Shown piece after piece: positions 59,160 to 64,000 of a stretch of 64,000 nt of DNA. Location: positions 64,001 through 128,000 of the forward strand of contig JBHHTW010000003.1 of NCBI GenBank assembly GCA_046861385.1. The letters run 5' to 3'. The number at the start of each line of letters is the position of its first letter. The first letter of the stretch is position 1. The translations under genes and the position numbers were made by a program. The DNA is from Fidelibacterota bacterium. Its GTDB lineage: Bacteria; Fidelibacterota; Marinisomatia; Marinisomatales; TCS55. Under the pieces are notes generated by a model, which was not told the origin of the DNA, made no database searches, and saw nothing but the letters and a program-made list of their open reading frames with translations.

Positions 59160-60443
59160 TTATTTATAAAGATAATAACTTGTTGAAAGCTTTTTGAAAT
59201 CCTGAATGGATTTTTCGTAAGATTGAAATAATGCTTCAGCATCTCCGTCTGAATTGATTATTTGACTTAAATCCTGATTTCCCCAAAGTCGCGGGAGAGA
59301 TGTTTTTAACTCAAAGTGCTCAGGATATAATTGATGAATCACACCCAATATTTGAATTCCCGTGGAGACCGGTTCAAATTCACGGTAATTTAAGATTGTA
59401 ATTGAAACTCCCTCGCAGGGCACGTTTTCATATTTCGGATATAACGATTTTCCGGGCAAGGAAACTGGTGTAAAGGAGATGGGCTTAAAAGACACTCCGG
59501 GTAAATGTTTTAAAATCATCATTTGTGACAATTGCTTACCATCGACCCAAGGTGCTCCAATCCATTTAAACGGATGGTCTGTTCCTCTTCCTTCGCTCAC
59601 ATTGGTTCCTTCAACCATACACATGCCTGCATAAATTACCGCCGTTTCCACATCTGGAATATTGGGCGAAGGGGATATCCAGGGGACATTCGTTTCATGG
59701 TAATAACTATTTCTCCTCCAACCTTTCATTGGTATGACGGACAACTCAGGCGTGACCGATATCCAATTTTCTCCCACAATCATTTTGGCTAGTTCACCTG
59801 CGGTGAGTCCATAACGATTGGGGATTGGATACATGCCCACGAATGATTTAAGATCCATGTGAAGGATGGGGCCGGAGACTTCGGTTCCTCCCAATGGATT
59901 GGGTCGGTCCAGAATCATTACCGGGATATTTGCTTCTGCGGCTGCTTCCATCACAAGACCCATTGTAGAAATGTATGTATAAAATCGGGTGCCTACGTCT
60001 TGTATATCATAAATAATCAAATCAAGCCCATTCAGCATATCCAGTGTTGGTTTTCTAGTTTTTCCATATAGACTAAAAATAGTCGGAAAATCATTCAGTT
60101 CCTGATTAGTTATTTTTTGCCCGGCAGAAACATTTCCAAAAAAGCCGTGTTCAGGTGCGAAAATAGCTTTTAGATGAACATCATTCAATTTCATCAATAA
60201 TTTATAATTTGGTAAACCACTCAGATCAACACCTGTATGGTTCGTAACCAGCCCGATATTTTTCCCTTTAATTAAATGTATTTGATCTTTAATTAATACA
60301 TCCAGTCCGTTTAAAACGTGTAAAATCTCGATGGGTGGAATATCTTTATTCTTGAATAATTCTGATTGCTGCTGGTGTGTGGAAGGATGTTCCTGAGATT
60401 GAATGATCGAACAAAACACCAATAGAAAAAATACATACTTCAT
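59160..60443 (-). CDS. namZ: Exo-beta-N-acetylmuramidase NamZ (DUF1343), second copy
   Basis: IGLVTNHTG, FAPEHG, YDIQDVGTRFYTY, LDRPNPLGG, SPNIP, EGTNVSEGRGT; start moved to ATG 60443 (signal peptide MKYVFFLLVFCSIIQS). Confidence 0.92.
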   Translation of the reverse strand: MKYVFFLLVFCSIIQSQEHPSTHQQQSELFKNKDIPPIEILHVLNGLDVLIKDQIHLIKGKNIGLVTNHTGVDLSGLPNYKLLMKLNDVHLKAIFAPEHGFFGNVSAGQKITNQELNDFPTIFSLYGKTRKPTLDMLNGLDLIIYDIQDVGTRFYTYISTMGLVMEAAAEANIPVMILDRPNPLGGTEVSGPILHMDLKSFVGMYPIPNRYGLTAGELAKMIVGENWISVTPELSVIPMKGWRRNSYYHETNVPWISPSPNIPDVETAVIYAGMCMVEGTNVSEGRGTDHPFKWIGAPWVDGKQLSQMMILKHLPGVSFKPISFTPVSLPGKSLYPKYENVPCEGVSITILNYREFEPVSTGIQILGVIHQLYPEHFELKTSLPRLWGNQDLSQIINSDGDAEALFQSYEKSIQDFKKLSTSYYLYK

Positions 60444-60459
60444 TATAAAATGCCAGTCC

Positions 60460-62898
60460 TTACTTAACCATTGTGACTTTTCGAAAATCCATATTCGTCC
60501 CGGAGGTAATAGAAATAATATATATTCCCGACGAAACAGGATGTCCATTATTATTGAGACCATTCCAAGTCCAAGTAAAATGATCGTGAGGGGAGGGCAG
60601 CAGGTTTGTACTGCGGATGGTTCTTCCCACCAAATCCGTAATGTGGATTTCCGTTCGCCGATTCGGGAGGTTATTATTAATTAAAATAGTCATGGAGGAA
60701 TTTGACGGATTGGGAAAAACAGATTTAATTGACACTTGATCAGGAAAAGGAGTATCCTCGAAATGATTGACGGATAGCTGATCTTCATAAAAATCAACAA
60801 TTTCGGCCATTATTTCACTCCGTTTCGATTCAGGGTAAATGGTTTCGAATCCAACGGACAAATGAACAATACCGCCCAAATCGTTTCCGGATCCAAATGA
60901 ACCAATAAATTGAATTCCCATGCCCCCTTCGGCATTATAATCAACTCCATTAAATTTAGCGCAAATGTCTGCTCCCACTGCCGGTTTAATTCCATCTGGC
61001 CAATCCACGTCATAAGTTCCGTTGCTTCCATTATCAAATGTAATATTATTGATGCCTTCAAAAATGGAACCGCTGGTACCAAAACCGCTGTAGGTTCCTT
61101 GGTGCCCCCCCGCCGCATCCGATATATAAACTGCTTTCAAATAGTCTAAGTAAAAGGCCTTGTCAGTTGAGGTTCCCTGAGCAGAAAGGTCGTAACCAAT
61201 CTCAGATCCGGAAACAAAGAGAAAACCTCCATTCTCCAAATATGTTTGTACCAGGTCTTGTTCTTCATAAGTGAATGTGCTGGTGGCGGTTCCTTCTTCT
61301 CCCAATATCCAATCGACAAAATGATAATCCAAATTAATATTATTCTGGATTACCGCTTCATTAGTGGCTGAATCAAAGGCTAATCCATTTTGAATCAGGG
61401 CATCACCATGCTGCCGAATAAAATTGTGTGTATTCGTCGTTCCACTGGTTCGGTCAAAACCATTCACAACCAGACAGGAAACAGCGTCGGTTGTAGGTAC
61501 AACACCTAAAAATTCTGTCTGTGGACTGGCACCAAATCCGTTCTGTCCAATGATGGATAAATAATACGGTTCTCCTTCATTCAAATTCTTAACGATAATG
61601 GGTCGCTGGTTGAAGACTCCTAATGTTTCGGTATTATTGGAGTTTAGAAAGGTCCGCAAAACTACAAATTCGTTAGCCGTTCGAGCTCCAGTGAAATCAA
61701 TCATAATGTCACCATTCCCAACATTGCGAATGGATAAATTACCGGGAGTAGCCGGGGGAGAACTTGCACCAAATTTAACGAACAGAAGATCCCATAATTC
61801 AGGATCTGATCCATCATAGCCCATCGCCCAGATTCCGACTCCCTTTAAATTGTGATTTAATGCGAAATCGTACTTTAGAGAGAGTGAAAGACTATCATCA
61901 TACCAGCCCTGAAACCAATCCGGGTTTTGATATTTGTACCAAGGTGTCTGTGATTCTGAATGCCACAGCTTTCCAAAAGATAGGGCATTGCTTTCCATTT
62001 CAGAATACAGTTTAGCCGTACCTGTTCCGGTAGTTGAAGCGCCGGCTGATCCGGAGGATGTTGGCCATTCAAATCCAAAATATGGGCAGCCTAAAATGAG
62101 TTTATCTGCCTGATTATTAGTTTTGCTCAAATAATCATTTACAGTCCAAGTGATAGTGTAACCCGACCCGGTTAATGGAGCATTTGGACCTGAAGTTGAG
62201 CTACCGCTATAGTGGTAATCATATCCCATGATAAATAAACCATCACTGATTTCTGCTAATGCGTTATAATCCCAGGCACTGCTCCAATCTACCGCCGGCA
62301 TAGCGAGCGTCACTTGGGAACCGGGAATAGCATTATTAAAGGCATTCTTCAAATCTGTAATAAATTGAACCATATTGTTTTTTTGGGAGGCAGGCATAAC
62401 TTCAAAATCAATATTAACTCCATCTCCATTTCCTGAGGACACTGTATTAACAAGATTATTGATGAGGTTTTGTCGGTGACTGCTGCTGCTTAAAAGTGTC
62501 GTTAAATCACTGTTGCTAAACAATGTTGCCGTCAAGACAACATCCGTTCCTGCCGCATGAGCAGTATTAATCAAAGAAGTCGGTGGCCAGCCATGATCGT
62601 TACTTATACCACCTGTTGCTGTAATTTCTGCGCTAAAATAGGCTATCGTAGATATGAGGTTAAAATTGTAGTTAGTCCATGATGTACCCATCCAGTATGG
62701 GTGATACCCAAACACTTCATGAGAAGGAGTGGTATGATTCGTTCGATAAAAACGGATAAAGGGAGCAGTATCAATTTGACGATCAATTTCTGTATAATGT
62801 GTATTATAATATTCCAGCTGTTGTTGGTGAATGCTGGGATTATGATTAGCAAAAGCAATACAAATTGAAAGGTGTATTATAAAAATATTTTGTCTCAT
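60460..62898 (-). CDS. Secreted GH18 (chitobiase/SleL-like) + Fn3 + GATase-like domain + CTD
   Basis: DGVNIDFE, FIMGYDY, LKGVGIWAMGYD; LVVNGFDR..VDWILGEE..YLENGGFLFVSG; VFPNPSNS..SSGIYII..KVTMVK. Confidence 0.88.
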   Translation of the reverse strand: MRQNIFIIHLSICIAFANHNPSIHQQQLEYYNTHYTEIDRQIDTAPFIRFYRTNHTTPSHEVFGYHPYWMGTSWTNYNFNLISTIAYFSAEITATGGISNDHGWPPTSLINTAHAAGTDVVLTATLFSNSDLTTLLSSSSHRQNLINNLVNTVSSGNGDGVNIDFEVMPASQKNNMVQFITDLKNAFNNAIPGSQVTLAMPAVDWSSAWDYNALAEISDGLFIMGYDYHYSGSSTSGPNAPLTGSGYTITWTVNDYLSKTNNQADKLILGCPYFGFEWPTSSGSAGASTTGTGTAKLYSEMESNALSFGKLWHSESQTPWYKYQNPDWFQGWYDDSLSLSLKYDFALNHNLKGVGIWAMGYDGSDPELWDLLFVKFGASSPPATPGNLSIRNVGNGDIMIDFTGARTANEFVVLRTFLNSNNTETLGVFNQRPIIVKNLNEGEPYYLSIIGQNGFGASPQTEFLGVVPTTDAVSCLVVNGFDRTSGTTNTHNFIRQHGDALIQNGLAFDSATNEAVIQNNINLDYHFVDWILGEEGTATSTFTYEEQDLVQTYLENGGFLFVSGSEIGYDLSAQGTSTDKAFYLDYLKAVYISDAAGGHQGTYSGFGTSGSIFEGINNITFDNGSNGTYDVDWPDGIKPAVGADICAKFNGVDYNAEGGMGIQFIGSFGSGNDLGGIVHLSVGFETIYPESKRSEIMAEIVDFYEDQLSVNHFEDTPFPDQVSIKSVFPNPSNSSMTILINNNLPNRRTEIHITDLVGRTIRSTNLLPSPHDHFTWTWNGLNNNGHPVSSGIYIISITSGTNMDFRKVTMVK

Positions 62899-62917
62899 AA
62901 CGTCAGCTCATTTTGAT

Positions 62918-63952
62918 TTAAAAAGTTAAACTGAGTGAGAAACCGGAAATGGAATTGAAAACACCAAACGACTGATTTACGTAGTCCAGATTTATATTTA
63001 CATTTTTCATTAACTGATGACGAACTCCTCCACCTATTGAGAATCCTTGCTCCACATTATCCACAAATAATGTGGATTGCCCCGCCCGCAAAAACACTTT
63101 TTTTCTCCAAGCATATTCAATCCCGGCATTCACATATTCCACATTATTATTGGGATGAACAGCATCAATGGATACTGTAAAGATATGGGGGCCGGATTTG
63201 AGTAAATTTGTACTCATTCCCACTCTAAAAATGAGAGGCAGAGGCCATTTCCATGTATCGAGGTGGCCATCTATACGATCATTATTACCAGTAAGGTTTT
63301 CATCAATATCATGAGTGATCCTTGTATCTTTTCCCTCTAATTGTAATTTCTCCCCAAAATTTGAAACGTTCATGCCAATACGAATATTACGATTCCGTGT
63401 TATAAACAATGAACCGATGTCAATAGCCATTGTTGAAGCCGACATATGATAGATATGTTGTTGTATAAACTTCATATTTAAACCTAAAGAGAAACTATCG
63501 GTGAATCTGCGTCCATAGCTTATTCCAAGTGCCAAGTCATTTGAGCCAAATTTCTCGCCGGTACCTTCGGGTAATGCAACAGTTCGTACTATCATATCAT
63601 CCATAGTAATCGAAGTAGCTGAGAGCCCTAGTACTCCGTTGCGCTGAATTGGAATAATAACTGCTGCAAAGTTGAAGCGAATGTCAGCTACCCATGGAAG
63701 ATGAAAAAATTGAGCAGTTGTTTTTTTTGCAGATGCAATTCCTGCCGGATTCCAGTATAGAGCTGTTGCGTCATCCGCTATGGATACGAAGGCATTACCC
63801 ATGGCCCTAGCACGTGCACCCACTCCAAACTCAAGAAATGCCGCTGCGGCAGTGCCTACTTTACTTACGTGCCTATTGTATTGGCTTAGGGCGGGATGTA
63901 CCAATAACAGAAAAATTATTGATGATATGAGCTTATGTCTGGAAGTGTACAT
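62918..63952 (-). CDS. PorV/PorQ-family (UPF0164) outer-membrane barrel, second copy
   Basis: KVGTAAAAFLEFGVGARARAMGNAFVSIADDATALYWNPAGI, SNFG, LPLIFRVG, FLRAG, C-terminal SLSLTF. Confidence 0.9.
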   Translation of the reverse strand: MYTSRHKLISSIIFLLLVHPALSQYNRHVSKVGTAAAAFLEFGVGARARAMGNAFVSIADDATALYWNPAGIASAKKTTAQFFHLPWVADIRFNFAAVIIPIQRNGVLGLSATSITMDDMIVRTVALPEGTGEKFGSNDLALGISYGRRFTDSFSLGLNMKFIQQHIYHMSASTMAIDIGSLFITRNRNIRIGMNVSNFGEKLQLEGKDTRITHDIDENLTGNNDRIDGHLDTWKWPLPLIFRVGMSTNLLKSGPHIFTVSIDAVHPNNNVEYVNAGIEYAWRKKVFLRAGQSTLFVDNVEQGFSIGGGVRHQLMKNVNINLDYVNQSFGVFNSISGFSLSLTF

Positions 63953-63954
63953 GT

Positions 63955-64000
63955 TTATTTGATGACGGCAAATTTTCCAATTTTTTCACCAATTCCCGGT
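63955..64000 (-). CDS. 3' end of an upstream CTD-bearing secreted protein (partial)
   Basis: Manual translation PGIGEKIGKFAVIK*, resembling the ...KGTLAVVK terminus of the VVPNPY-type CTD; ends 2 nt before the PorV start. Confidence 0.7.
   Translation of the reverse strand, partial: PGIGEKIGKFAVIK

Noticed and set aside
60444-60563. Extended ORF-track starts (60563, and likewise 30984, 30960, 32686, 17984)
   Set aside because: They overlap neighbouring genes; downstream ATGs give proper signal peptides or family N-termini, and 17984 lies inside the upstream gene.
351-63962. The many 60-160 aa ORFs nested in or antisense to long genes
   Set aside because: They are shadow frames of well-supported CDSs with no recognisable motifs.

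Overview
AT-rich bacterial chromosomal window, genetic code 11, most consistent with a non-Bacteroidota FCB-group organism such as Ca. Marinimicrobia/Marinisomatota (inferred from NYPNPFNP-type C-terminal sorting domains, PorV/PorQ-family genes, and TonB receptors without SusD). It is a large amino-sugar/cell-wall scavenging region: SpoIID-like lytic enzyme, GH3 NagZ fused to a serine amidase, DUF1460 amidase, two NamZ (DUF1343), GH18, M14 peptidase, long NagB, ROK kinase, three SSS symporters, DUF819 and APC permeases, two TonB-dependent receptors, two ceramidase-family proteins, and several esterases/deacetylases. Housekeeping genes are deaD, rfaE2 and kdsD. Most notable observations: (1) a SusD-less uptake cassette of TonB receptor + 'VVPNPY'-type CTD protein + dedicated PorV paralog, seen once complete and once in part at the right edge; (2) both halves of a metazoan-type O-GlcNAcase (GH84+stalk and the HAT-like GNAT) as separate genes; (3) an SSS symporter with a receiver-like domain inserted in a loop; (4) a deleted four-helix-bundle gene flanked by mutually inverted heptamer arrays, one of which is read as the N-terminus of the next gene; (5) a GT2-ROK-cytoplasmic SpoIID-SSS operon. 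No rRNA, tRNA, CRISPR array, transposase or integrase was recognised. All family calls come from motif recognition by eye; no searches were run.
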